NCBI GenBank assembly: GCA_033762295.1
Contig: JANRLW010000116.1
Coordinates: forward strand, 1 to 47,891
Length of the DNA stretch: 47,891 nt
Source of the DNA: Capsulimonadales bacterium
GTDB taxonomy: Bacteria > Armatimonadota > Armatimonadia > Armatimonadales > Armatimonadaceae
Reading direction: 5' to 3'
Shown here: positions 28,277 through 36,833 of the stretch, in pieces
How positions within the stretch are numbered: position 1 is the stretch's first letter
Layout: every line of letters begins with the position of its first letter
Notes under the pieces: generated by a model
Told to the model about the DNA's origin: nothing
The model's input: only the letters and a program-made list of their open reading frames with translations
Databases searched by the model: none
Translations under genes and position numbers: made by a program

Positions 28277-29200
28277 GTGCGTCTGTCCGCGCTGATTGTG
28301 AACTGGAATACCGCCGAGGATCTCATTGCCTGTCTCCGGGCACTGACGGCCTATCCGTTCACCGGCGAACAGGAGGTCATCGTCGTCGACAACGCCTCCG
28401 CTGACGACAGTGTCGCACGGGTCCGCGCCGAGTTCCCCGATGTCCGTCTGATCCTCAACCCGGAGAACCGCATCTACGCCGAGGCGGTGAACCAGGCGTT
28501 CGCCGCCGCCACGGGCGACCATTTGCTCCTGCTCAATCCGGACACGCGGGTCTGTCCCGGAGCGCTCGACGAACTGGCCCGCACGATGGCCGCATCGCCG
28601 ACGATCGGAGCGGTCGCCGCACGTCTGACCGACGAAACCGGCGCGACCCAGCCCTCCGTGCGCGGATTTCCCGAACCGATCCCGTTGCTGGCCGATATCT
28701 GCGGGCTGGCGCGGCTTTTTCCCCGACACCCGGTGCTCGCCGCCTACCGTCAGCGGTTCTTCGATTATGACCGGCCCGGCCCGGCCCCGCAGCCGATGAC
28801 CTCCTGCCTCCTGATTTCCGGACGGTGCTACAAGGCGGTCGGCGGCATGGACGAGCGGTTTCCGCTCTATTTCAACGATGTGGACTGGTGTCTCCGCTGC
28901 CATCGCGCCGGATTCGAAATCCGGTACGCGCCGAACGCCGTCGTCTTCCATGAGGGAGGCGGCACGACGAAAAAGGTACGGAAAGCGGCGATCCGTGAAT
29001 CGCATCGTTCCCTGTTGCGGTTCTACGCCAAACACTATCGGGCGACGACGCCCGCGCCGCTCTATGCCCTGATCGCCCTGCTGGTGACGCTGGGCGCCTG
29101 GGTCCGCACCGGACGATGGGGTGAACCTCTGGGCAGGGAGGGTGGTATCACGACGCCGGAACAACTCAGAATGGATTTTGAAAGTGACAAACGCCGCTGA
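28277..29200 (+). CDS. Glycosyltransferase family 2 (WbbL-like)
   Basis: IVNWN, VVDNASAD, LLLNPD, MDERFPLYFNDVDWC. Confidence 0.93.
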   Translation: MRLSALIVNWNTAEDLIACLRALTAYPFTGEQEVIVVDNASADDSVARVRAEFPDVRLILNPENRIYAEAVNQAFAAATGDHLLLLNPDTRVCPGALDELARTMAASPTIGAVAARLTDETGATQPSVRGFPEPIPLLADICGLARLFPRHPVLAAYRQRFFDYDRPGPAPQPMTSCLLISGRCYKAVGGMDERFPLYFNDVDWCLRCHRAGFEIRYAPNAVVFHEGGGTTKKVRKAAIRESHRSLLRFYAKHYRATTPAPLYALIALLVTLGAWVRTGRWGEPLGREGGITTPEQLRMDFESDKRR

Positions 29201-30125
29201 CTCCGGGATCGTCCCGCGCGTACGGGTCTGTATCGTCTCCTGGAACGCCCGCGAGGACCTGAGACGATGCCTCACGGACCTGAAGACCGCCGTCGCCGAC
29301 CCGCGTACGCTGGAAACGGTGGTCGTGGATAACGCATCGGCGGACGGCAGCGCGGATATGGTCGCCGCCGAGTTCCCCGACGTTCGCCTGGTCCGGCTGA
29401 CGGAAAACACCGGGTTCTCCGGCGGAAACAACACCGCCCTGGAAGGGCTGACCGCCGATTACGCCTTTCTGCTCAACTCGGACGCCTTCTGCCATCCGGG
29501 AGCGATCGATCGTCTGGTCGCCTTCGCCGACGCGACGCCGGAGGCGGGGTTTATCGGACCGAAGGTGCTGAACCCGGACGACAGCATCCAGTATTCCTGC
29601 CGACGCTGGCCGACATTCGCGGCCGGGCTGTTTCGAAACGTCTACCTCGGACGGCTCTTTCCCAACAACAGGCCCGCCGCCGACTACCTGATGCAGGATT
29701 TCGACCATGCGCGGACAATCGACGTGGACTGGCTGTCCGGCTGCGCCCTGATGGTCCGGCGGACCTGTATGGAAAAGGTCGGACGACTCGACGGGGAAAC
29801 ATTCTTTATGTACTGCGAGGACATGGACTGGTGTCTGCGCGGGCATACCGCCGGGTGGCGTGTCGTCTACTATCCGGAGGCGGTGGTGACCCATATGATC
29901 GGGCGTTCGTCGGACAAGGCGGCGGACCGGATGATTCTGGAGCACAGCCGATCAATGTGGAAGTTTTTCCGCAAACATGAGGTGTTCTTCCGGGATCGCG
30001 TTCCGGCGTTGCTGCGTCCACTGGTCAAGCCGGGCATCTACCTGCGGGCGTACGTTCGCATTTTCCGTCGTCGTTATATCAACCCGATCCTCGCCCTGCT
30101 GAAAGGAACGGACCGTGCCCGATAA
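29184..30125 (+). CDS. Glycosyltransferase family 2 (WbbL-like)
   Basis: IVSWN, VVDNASADGS, LLNSD, DWLSGC, FFMYCEDMDWC. GTG start at 29184 is inferred. Confidence 0.93.
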   Translation: MTNAADSGIVPRVRVCIVSWNAREDLRRCLTDLKTAVADPRTLETVVVDNASADGSADMVAAEFPDVRLVRLTENTGFSGGNNTALEGLTADYAFLLNSDAFCHPGAIDRLVAFADATPEAGFIGPKVLNPDDSIQYSCRRWPTFAAGLFRNVYLGRLFPNNRPAADYLMQDFDHARTIDVDWLSGCALMVRRTCMEKVGRLDGETFFMYCEDMDWCLRGHTAGWRVVYYPEAVVTHMIGRSSDKAADRMILEHSRSMWKFFRKHEVFFRDRVPALLRPLVKPGIYLRAYVRIFRRRYINPILALLKGTDRAR

Positions 30126-32217
30126 CCTGCCGAAAACGCTGATCGGTCGCGTCGGTTTCGGCGCGTTGCTGCTGTCGCTCGCCCTGTCGCCGATCCTGGC
30201 CGGTTATCCGCCCGGTCCCTCCTACGGGGCGGATCTGTCGCTCGCGGCGATCCGCTGTCTGGTGTTTCTGGCCGCGCTCTGCCTGGGATGGGCGCCGGGC
30301 GAGGACGGGGACCGTCCTGACCTGCGCGAACGGATCGTGACCTGGGCGCTCCGTGGCGCGGTCGGCCTGACGGTCGTTTCGTTTCTGGCGCAATCGCGTT
30401 TTCTGACCTCTCCGGTATTGCTGTTTGCCTCCCTGCCGGGAACGCTGGACTGGCTGGCGTTCGGAATGACCACCGCTCTGGCGCTACGTTTCGCGCGGGG
30501 GCGGGCGGCCTACTGGCTGATCGGGGCGTTGCTGAGCGGCGCGGCGGTGGCGGCGGTCGTTTCGGTGCAGGAGTACGGTCAGTACGTGCAGGCGGGCGAA
30601 CCGGAGCGTCGGGCGCAGGGAGTCTTTTTCGGCCCGAACTTCGCCGCCGGTCTGATGGCGTTGTTGCTGCCGGTCGCGGTCGCCCTGCTCCTGTCCGTCC
30701 GCGCCCGTCTGCCGGTGCTGGCGATCGGCGCGCTGTCGGCCCTGATGGCGGGGGCCTTGTTTGCGGCCGGGTCGCGGGCAGGTCTGGCGGTGACGGCTGT
30801 CGGCCTCCTGCTGACCGTCGGCGTCGCCCTGTCGCGCCGAAAACGTCTGCCTGCGGTCTTCCTGCGGACCGGCGCGTTCGTCGTCGTTCTGGTGGTCCTC
30901 GGGTTCGCCTTCCGCGGACCGCTCGCGCAACGGGCGGAGGCGGCCGGTCGGGAGCAATCGGGACCGTTTCGTTCGTGGACCTGGAAGGGGACGATCGCGA
31001 TGGCGCAGGCTCATCCGCTCCTGGGAACCGGTCCGGGAACCTACCCGTATGTCTACCCGTCCTATGCCCTGGTCGCTCGCACGGATCTTGCACACTCCTC
31101 GTATTTGCAGATGGCGGCGGAACAGGGGATTCCGGCGCTGGCGCTGATTCTGGTGGCGCTCGGAACCGCGCTGCTGTCGGGCCTGCTCCGTTTGTGGGAC
31201 GCCCTGCGGACGGCGGACGGCGAGGAGATCGCAACGCTTTCGATGGCCGGTCTGCTGGGCGGTCTGCTTGCGGGGATGGCGCGGGGTCTGGTGGACTCGG
31301 AGTGGTCCGTTCTCGGCAATGCGTTGCCCTTTTTCGCCCTGGTGGGCCTGGTCGCCGGGCTGCGGGCGGTCGGTTCCGCGGCGACGACGAAGGTGGCTCC
31401 CGGATCGCGCCCGGCCGATCCCGTCCTGGCGGCGGTCGCTTTGATCGGTCTGATTCCGGGACTGGTCGGTCTGAACGCGGTGCGCCAGCGGAACGTTGCG
31501 CTGGAGGAGTTGACGGGAGCGCGAACGGCGTCGGAACGGGATGCCGCGCTGGAGAGCGTGCGGCGGATATCGGTCTGGCCGCCCGATCCGCAGATCCTGT
31601 TCTACGCGCAAAAGCGGGAGGAGGCGGCGCGGATGGAACCGACCGGGAGGCGGTACTATCAACTGGCCCGGTATCGCGCGGAGCAGGGCGACCTGACGGG
31701 CGCGGTCGAGGCGTTCCGCAAGAGTACCGGGGTCGAGCCGACGTCGATGCAGGCGTGGCGGCGGTTGGCGGAAGCGCAGGAGCAGGCGGGCGACACGGAG
31801 GGGGCGCTCCGATCGTGGCAGCAACTGGCCGCTTTGAACGAGGGGCCGGTCGGGACGGTCCGGGCGATTCCCGAGGCGACCGAAACCCACCCGGCGTTCG
31901 CCTATGCGGCCCTGGCTCGGGACGCGGCAAAGCGAGGGAACGTTTCGGAAGCGGCGACGTTGTACGATAAGGCCGCGCGGGTGGTCGAGAGTTACGCGGC
32001 GACCCCGGCGCTGTACCAGCAGATGGAACTGGCGACGGCGGCGACCGGCATCGATATTGCCGGAAGGCGTGAGGAGGTAAAGTCCCTCTACCGCCGGGTC
32101 ATGGAGGAGTGGGGGCGGCTGTCGACCGCAGGGGCGGACGAACGGGCGAAGCGGCGGGAGGAGACTCTGGAGCGACTGGAGAAGATGATCGCTCCGCCCG
32201 CGCCCGGTTTGAACTGA
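30115..32217 (+). CDS. O-antigen ligase (Wzy_C) family membrane protein with C-terminal TPR
   Basis: Many TM helices; G.F.GPNFAAG, AGSRAG, HPLLGTGPGTY, AHSSYLQMAAEQG; TPR-like tail. Confidence 0.9.
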   Translation: MPDNLPKTLIGRVGFGALLLSLALSPILAGYPPGPSYGADLSLAAIRCLVFLAALCLGWAPGEDGDRPDLRERIVTWALRGAVGLTVVSFLAQSRFLTSPVLLFASLPGTLDWLAFGMTTALALRFARGRAAYWLIGALLSGAAVAAVVSVQEYGQYVQAGEPERRAQGVFFGPNFAAGLMALLLPVAVALLLSVRARLPVLAIGALSALMAGALFAAGSRAGLAVTAVGLLLTVGVALSRRKRLPAVFLRTGAFVVVLVVLGFAFRGPLAQRAEAAGREQSGPFRSWTWKGTIAMAQAHPLLGTGPGTYPYVYPSYALVARTDLAHSSYLQMAAEQGIPALALILVALGTALLSGLLRLWDALRTADGEEIATLSMAGLLGGLLAGMARGLVDSEWSVLGNALPFFALVGLVAGLRAVGSAATTKVAPGSRPADPVLAAVALIGLIPGLVGLNAVRQRNVALEELTGARTASERDAALESVRRISVWPPDPQILFYAQKREEAARMEPTGRRYYQLARYRAEQGDLTGAVEAFRKSTGVEPTSMQAWRRLAEAQEQAGDTEGALRSWQQLAALNEGPVGTVRAIPEATETHPAFAYAALARDAAKRGNVSEAATLYDKAARVVESYAATPALYQQMELATAATGIDIAGRREEVKSLYRRVMEEWGRLSTAGADERAKRREETLERLEKMIAPPAPGLN

Positions 32218-32298
32218 TGGCGGTGGCAAACGGCGGACGGACGAGACGAAGGTGGAAATCGGCCCGTAACGGGCGATAGGAGACATGGAGACCTGAGG

Positions 32299-33117
32299 AT
32301 GCGGATTCGGATTGGCTACGATATTGTTACCCGGCAGAACGCCCCGACCCCGATGGTGTTGCTGTTGCATGTGCGCCCGGAGGTTTCCGGACGCCTGACT
32401 CAGCCGGACGATCTGCATCTGACTCCCGACCTGCCGGTTCGTGAGTTTATCGACGCTTTCGGCAATCGATCGGTGCGTCTGATCGCCCCGTCCGGGGAGG
32501 TACGGTTTCGGACGGAAGCGCTTCTGGAGAGCGATGGCGAGCGCGATCTCGTCGTTCCCTCCGCCGTCAGGCATCCGATCGAGGAACTACCCGACGAATG
32601 CCTGCCGTTTCTGCTGGCGTCGCGCTACTGCGAGGTGGACAAGCTCTCGCGTTTCGCCTGGGAGCGGTTCGGGAACCTGAACGCGACCGGGTGGGAGACC
32701 GTTCAGGCCGTCTGTGATTTCGTGCATCGTCATGTCGCGTTCGGCTATCAGCATGCCCGCTATACGAAGTCCGCGGTCGACGTCCTGGAGGAGCGGAACG
32801 GCGTTTGCCGGGACTATCAGCACCTGGCGTTGACGTTGTGTCGCTGTCTGGGGATTCCGGCGCGTTACGCGACCGGTTATCTTTCGGATATCGGCGCTCC
32901 GCCGACGGGGAACCCGATGGATTTCTCGGCGTGGTTTCAGGTCTATCTGGGGGGCCGGTGGTACGACTTTGACGCCCGGTTCAACACACCGCGTATCGGT
33001 CGCACGTTAATGGCGGTCGGTCGGGATGCGGCGGACTGCGCCTTGATCACCTCGTTCGGCACGCATACTCTGGAAAAGTTCGTCGTCGTCTGTGAGAAGG
33101 CCGACGGATCCGACTGA
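32299..33117 (+). CDS. Transglutaminase-like family protein
   Basis: LLASRYCEVD, GVCRDYQH, CRCLGIPARYATGYL, DFSAWF, FDA, GRDAAD. Confidence 0.93.
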   Translation: MRIRIGYDIVTRQNAPTPMVLLLHVRPEVSGRLTQPDDLHLTPDLPVREFIDAFGNRSVRLIAPSGEVRFRTEALLESDGERDLVVPSAVRHPIEELPDECLPFLLASRYCEVDKLSRFAWERFGNLNATGWETVQAVCDFVHRHVAFGYQHARYTKSAVDVLEERNGVCRDYQHLALTLCRCLGIPARYATGYLSDIGAPPTGNPMDFSAWFQVYLGGRWYDFDARFNTPRIGRTLMAVGRDAADCALITSFGTHTLEKFVVVCEKADGSD

Positions 33118-33127
33118 TGTCGTGGTC

Positions 33128-33156
33128 TTGCGATCCTGCGATTCCGATGGTATAGT
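33128..33156 (+). promoter_or_regulatory. Sigma70 promoter of the tRNA
   Basis: TTGCGA-N17-TATAGT ending 18 bp upstream of the tRNA. Confidence 0.7.
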
Positions 33157-33174
33157 ATATTTCGTCCTCACTGC

Positions 33175-33248
33175 GCCCCGTTCGTCTAGCGGCCTAGGAT
33201 GCCACCCTCTCACGGTGGAGATCAGGGGTTCGAATCCCCTACGGGGTA
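33175..33248 (+). tRNA. tRNA-Glu (anticodon CTC)
   Basis: Acceptor GCCCCGT/ACGGGGT, anticodon arm CCACC-CT CTC AC-GGTGG, T arm AGGGG-TTCGAAT-CCCCT; CCA not encoded. Confidence 0.97.
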
Positions 33249-33341
33249 CTTCCAGACAGTCAGTAAGTGCCAACTGCTGTGCGGTTTCTGTCAATAACTG
33301 CGTGCCGTTTTGCGTCTCCGAAACCCTGAAAGGTTCGGTAG

Positions 33342-34043
33342 ATGCGAAAAACACAACCACCCTTTGCAAACGCGGCCGAAACGAACGCGCGGAATTTTTC
33401 CGTCCGACGCGCTTCATCGTCCCGCCGTCCACTCGTTCCTGAGGATCCGCTGGCCATGCCGCGTCTGAAGGCGGAGGTGCAAAACTACCTGATCGCTTGT
33501 GAAATCGAGTCCCACAGTGACCGGACGATCGAAGAGAAACGCTCGGACCTGGGGAAGCTGATCTGGTTCTTTGAGGCGAAGGGGCACACCGTTTGCGACC
33601 ACCCCACGCTGCAGGCGTTCTTCCTCTACCTTCGCAACGGCCACAAGGAGCGTTCGGGCCGGTGGGGGAACGCCCGGGAAACCGAATCACTCTCCTCCGG
33701 ACGGATGAAGAAGTATTACAGCCAGATCCGGGCGTTCCTCAACTGGATGGTCAAGGAGTACGACCTGGCGGTATCCCCGATCGCGAAAATATCGCCGCCC
33801 ATCGATCGCCCGGACCAGGTGCAGCCGTTCACCCAGGAACACCTTACCCGGTTGCTCGCGGCGGCACGACGGACCGCACACCCGAAGCGGGACGTCGCGA
33901 TCCTTTCCCTGATGCTGGAAACCGAACTGTTGCACCTGAACAGCCAGGGGGAAACGCAATCCCTGCGGGAGCGTGTCGCCGAACTCGAACGGCTGAACGC
34001 CCGGCTGATCGAAGCGAAGACCGTGCCTGCTGTCGCTGTTTAA
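33342..34043 (+). pseudogene. Truncated tyrosine recombinase/integrase
   Basis: Core-binding domain (SDRTIE, YYSQIRAFLNW...SPIAKI) and the start of the catalytic domain (PFTQEHLTRLL...RDVAILSLMLET). No G-x-R, HxxR or catalytic Tyr follows; a coiled-coil-like tail replaces them. Confidence 0.85.
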
Positions 34044-34074
34044 TCAATAGCACGTTATTCCGTGCGAAATAATC

Positions 34075-34105
34075 AAGCCCTCCCGACGATTAATCGGGAG
34101 GGCTT
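34075..34105. terminator. Strong hairpin separating the integrase remnant from the cargo
   Basis: AAGCCCTCCCGA-CGATTAA-TCGGGAGGGCTT, 12-bp stem. Confidence 0.65.
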
Positions 34106-34127
34106 CCTGCTAAACAAATAAAACTTC

Positions 34128-34156
34128 TTGACATTCAGGCAGATCGGTGTTAAACT
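34128..34156 (+). promoter_or_regulatory. Near-consensus sigma70 promoter of the DGQHR gene
   Basis: TTGACA-N17-TAAACT with TGn extension and an AT-rich upstream tract; RBS AAGAGGT at 34194-34200. Confidence 0.8.
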
Positions 34157-34206
34157 AACTTCGAACGGCGTCTTTTGGACGTTAGCGTTCAGAAAGAGGT
34201 TTTTGT

Positions 34207-35430
34207 ATGTCTGATAACACCAATGTCGTCCAGTTAAGAGAGTTTGATACTTTCGACGAAGCATCTGCGAAAGCAGCATTAGAAGCGCAAGCGACCGGTT
34301 CAGTCATCATTCCTGGTGTTCTTTACCAGCAAGCGGATCGGAAGATGATTACCACAGGAATGTCTTTTACCAAACTTGTCCAAGCAGTCCAGATCGACTC
34401 CGTAAGAAAAGGAGATGATCCATCAACGAAAAGGAACCGTCCTTTAATGACCGACCATGTCCGAACCATCGCTGATTATCTGCGAGAAACGGACAATTAT
34501 ATTCTGCCGCCCATCACCTTGAATGTAGGGAGTGAACTTATATGCTTCACAACGAATGCTAAGTCTCCTACGAAGAGTGTGTTGCTGTTATTGCCAGATG
34601 GAGTGACGTTTTATGTCACCGATGGGCAACATCGAATCGAAGGAATTCGAGAGGTTCTTAATCGAGGCGAGCGTCCAGAGCTTCGGCAGCATGCTGTCGC
34701 CGTAAACTTGGTGTTCGAAACAAACATAGATCAGGTCCATCAAGACTTTGCGGACTGTGCCCAGACCAAACCTATTCCGAACTCGCTTCTGGCAGCGTTC
34801 AACAGTCGTAACCCCATGTTTACGTTATTGAAGCGTGTTATTGATGAGGTCCCGGTTTTTCATGGACGGATTGATCGAACCTCCAAAAGCATCGGGACAA
34901 CTTCTCTCAACCTCTTTACTCTTAACCAGATTCGCTTCTGTGTCGCTGAGATTTTACTGGGCAATTCGGTTTATGCTGCTGCTCAACTTGACAAGTATGC
35001 AGCTGAGCGACTGGAGAGAAGCCGAAAAGAATATGAAGATGGAATCGTTTGGTTCTACCGAACATTCACCGACTTTAATCCCACCTGGAAAGCCATTGCT
35101 GAAAGCAAAGGCGCTCAATCGCAAGTGGATATCCCTGAACATCGCGCTAACTATGTAGACCTCACTGCTACTGGCCTCCAGGTAATCAGCAGAGTCGGCT
35201 ATTCGATCATGTGGATGAACCGCCGAAAGGGAGGAAGAGATGACAGAGAAGAGTTAATCATGCAACTTGCAATGCTGGACTTCAAACGAAACGCAGAGAT
35301 ATGGCAAGGCAATATCATTGAGGGGGGCAACCTCAAAACCAATAATATGCCCGTCAAGAAGGCCGTTGAAGCAGTCAAAAGAGCAATCGGAATAGAAGAC
35401 AGCGTCGATTCTGATTCTGAGATCAAGTAA
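34207..35430 (+). CDS. DGQHR-domain (DndB-like, ParB-fold) protein
   Basis: NRPL..DHV..IADYL....YILPPITLN, VTDGQHRIEGI, QDFAD.AQTKPI..SL...F. Confidence 0.92.
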   Translation: MSDNTNVVQLREFDTFDEASAKAALEAQATGSVIIPGVLYQQADRKMITTGMSFTKLVQAVQIDSVRKGDDPSTKRNRPLMTDHVRTIADYLRETDNYILPPITLNVGSELICFTTNAKSPTKSVLLLLPDGVTFYVTDGQHRIEGIREVLNRGERPELRQHAVAVNLVFETNIDQVHQDFADCAQTKPIPNSLLAAFNSRNPMFTLLKRVIDEVPVFHGRIDRTSKSIGTTSLNLFTLNQIRFCVAEILLGNSVYAAAQLDKYAAERLERSRKEYEDGIVWFYRTFTDFNPTWKAIAESKGAQSQVDIPEHRANYVDLTATGLQVISRVGYSIMWMNRRKGGRDDREELIMQLAMLDFKRNAEIWQGNIIEGGNLKTNNMPVKKAVEAVKRAIGIEDSVDSDSEIK

Positions 35431-35631
35431 CATTCTGGAGAACAACGAACGGGGCGGCATTATCCCGGGCGAAACGCGAAAGACTTTTCAAAGGATGCAT
35501 TTGCCGACCGACTGGCGGCTCATTTCTGCCGCCTCAGAAAATCGAAATAGTACCTTCAGACAATCGGGCTCGTTCCACCCAAGTGGCGTAAGCGGAGCGC
35601 CTAAGCGGGAATTAAGAAGGACGGAAGATTC

Positions 35632-36420
35632 ATGGAAAACGATAATCAGCGTGCGGAACTATTGAACGCAAAGCAAATCCATATCGCCGCTCCGGTATCC
35701 CCTCTTTACCAGGAGAACTGGGTTGAGCAGATCCTGGGGTCTGTAGTAAAGCCGATCTACGATGAATTTGGAGCGGCGATCAAGTGGATGTGGGTGACTC
35801 GCTATTCGAATCGTTACTCCGCAGAAGCACCTCCACTGGGATACCCATTCCCTGATGACTGCGTGAGTGATGGTAACTATAGGTTCGTTGTATGGCGCGT
35901 CAGCGCATCCCCGTCCGTAGAGTTAAAAATCCAGGAATCGGCCACACGGTTGATAACTAACGCGGGCTGCCATCCAGATCCGAAGGGGTGGCACCCATAT
36001 GACATTGTTGGCGATCTCGGGAACAACCGGTGGATCCGGCCCGATGCGACACCGGACCAACGGGCCAATCGAGCATTGCTTGTAGCCCAGTACGTTGGTT
36101 CTGCCGTCCGCTTGATGCTCGATTCGCTCACGCTGGATTCGTATGGGCACTGGGTCCAGGAACCCAACCTGGAGCTGAACCAGAATGCGCACGGTTCCTT
36201 TATGGAGAGTGCTCATCACGTTTTTTGCAACGCGACGGCGGTACCCACCAGCGTGATCATCGGGCTAGGTAATAACGAAGTCCGTGTGTTGACACACTGG
36301 ATGCACCAGCAGGAGGTGATCGCGATTCAACCTGACGGCCAAATAATACGTTCGTCCGTACCAAGCGTAGCCGAATTGCCGGAACAGTTCATCTGGCTGC
36401 CAGTCAGGATCAACTTTTAA
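35632..36420 (+). CDS. Hypothetical protein, possibly a remote lantibiotic-dehydratase elimination (Lant_dehydr_C)-like domain
   Basis: Clean 262-aa ORF in the island. EQILGSVVKPI...WMWVTRY...FVVWRV...ESAHHVFCN is reminiscent of the elimination-domain pattern; family assignment is tentative. Confidence 0.8.
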   Translation: MENDNQRAELLNAKQIHIAAPVSPLYQENWVEQILGSVVKPIYDEFGAAIKWMWVTRYSNRYSAEAPPLGYPFPDDCVSDGNYRFVVWRVSASPSVELKIQESATRLITNAGCHPDPKGWHPYDIVGDLGNNRWIRPDATPDQRANRALLVAQYVGSAVRLMLDSLTLDSYGHWVQEPNLELNQNAHGSFMESAHHVFCNATAVPTSVIIGLGNNEVRVLTHWMHQQEVIAIQPDGQIIRSSVPSVAELPEQFIWLPVRINF

Positions 36421-36557
36421 TCAACGACTTTGATGCTAGGTCGCTTGGTGATTGCCACCCTTGCGAAGATATGATTGCCACTCTGTGTTATAATGGAGGG
36501 CAGTAAAGACGCGATTTTGAGAGAAAACCTTGTGTTTTGAGAGGAAAAACGGCATTT

Positions 36558-36608
36558 CACCCTCTCACGGTGGAGATCAGGGGTTCGAATCCCCTACGGG
36601 GTACTTCC
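36558..36608 (+). repeat. att site: duplicated 3' part of tRNA-Glu
   Basis: Identical to 33203-33253; lacks the tRNA 5' part. Confidence 0.95.
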
Positions 36609-36764
36609 GAATAGTCAGTATGTCCGAAATACTATTCGTTTCCTCTCAATAACTGCGTGCCGTTTTGCGTCTCCGAAACCCTGAAAGGTCCCGGCAAACC
36701 GGACGAACCGGCAGCCGTCCGGCTTCGTCGTTGTGAGAGTCAAGCGGTAGGACAATAACCTGTG

Positions 36765-36795
36765 AAAAAACCTGCGGTTTTCACAAACCGCAGGT
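36765..36795 (-). terminator. Rho-independent terminator of the minus-strand cluster
   Basis: ACCTGCGGTTT-TCAC-AAACCGCAGGT with a T-tract on the minus strand, 38 bp after the stop at 36834. Confidence 0.85.
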
Positions 36796-36833
36796 GGTGG
36801 AAGAGTGGGAATAAGGAATCCGGCGGGTGCCGT

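Larger units (their letters stand above)
33203..36608. mobile_element. Degenerate integrative island in tRNA-Glu
   Basis: 51-bp perfect direct repeat (tRNA 3' part plus 5 flanking bases) at 33203-33253 and 36558-36608; integrase remnant next to the tRNA; AT-richer cargo. Confidence 0.93.

Noticed and set aside
34207..35430. Complete dnd phosphorothioation or dpd system
   Set aside because: No dndACDE, ssp or dpdA-like genes nearby, so the gene symbol dndB was not assigned.
35466..35500. c-di-GMP-I riboswitch (GGGCGAAAC...GAAA)
   Set aside because: The P2/P3 architecture and GCAAA element could not be built from the sequence.
36558..36603. Second tRNA-Glu gene
   Set aside because: Lacks the 5' acceptor strand and D arm; it is the att duplication.
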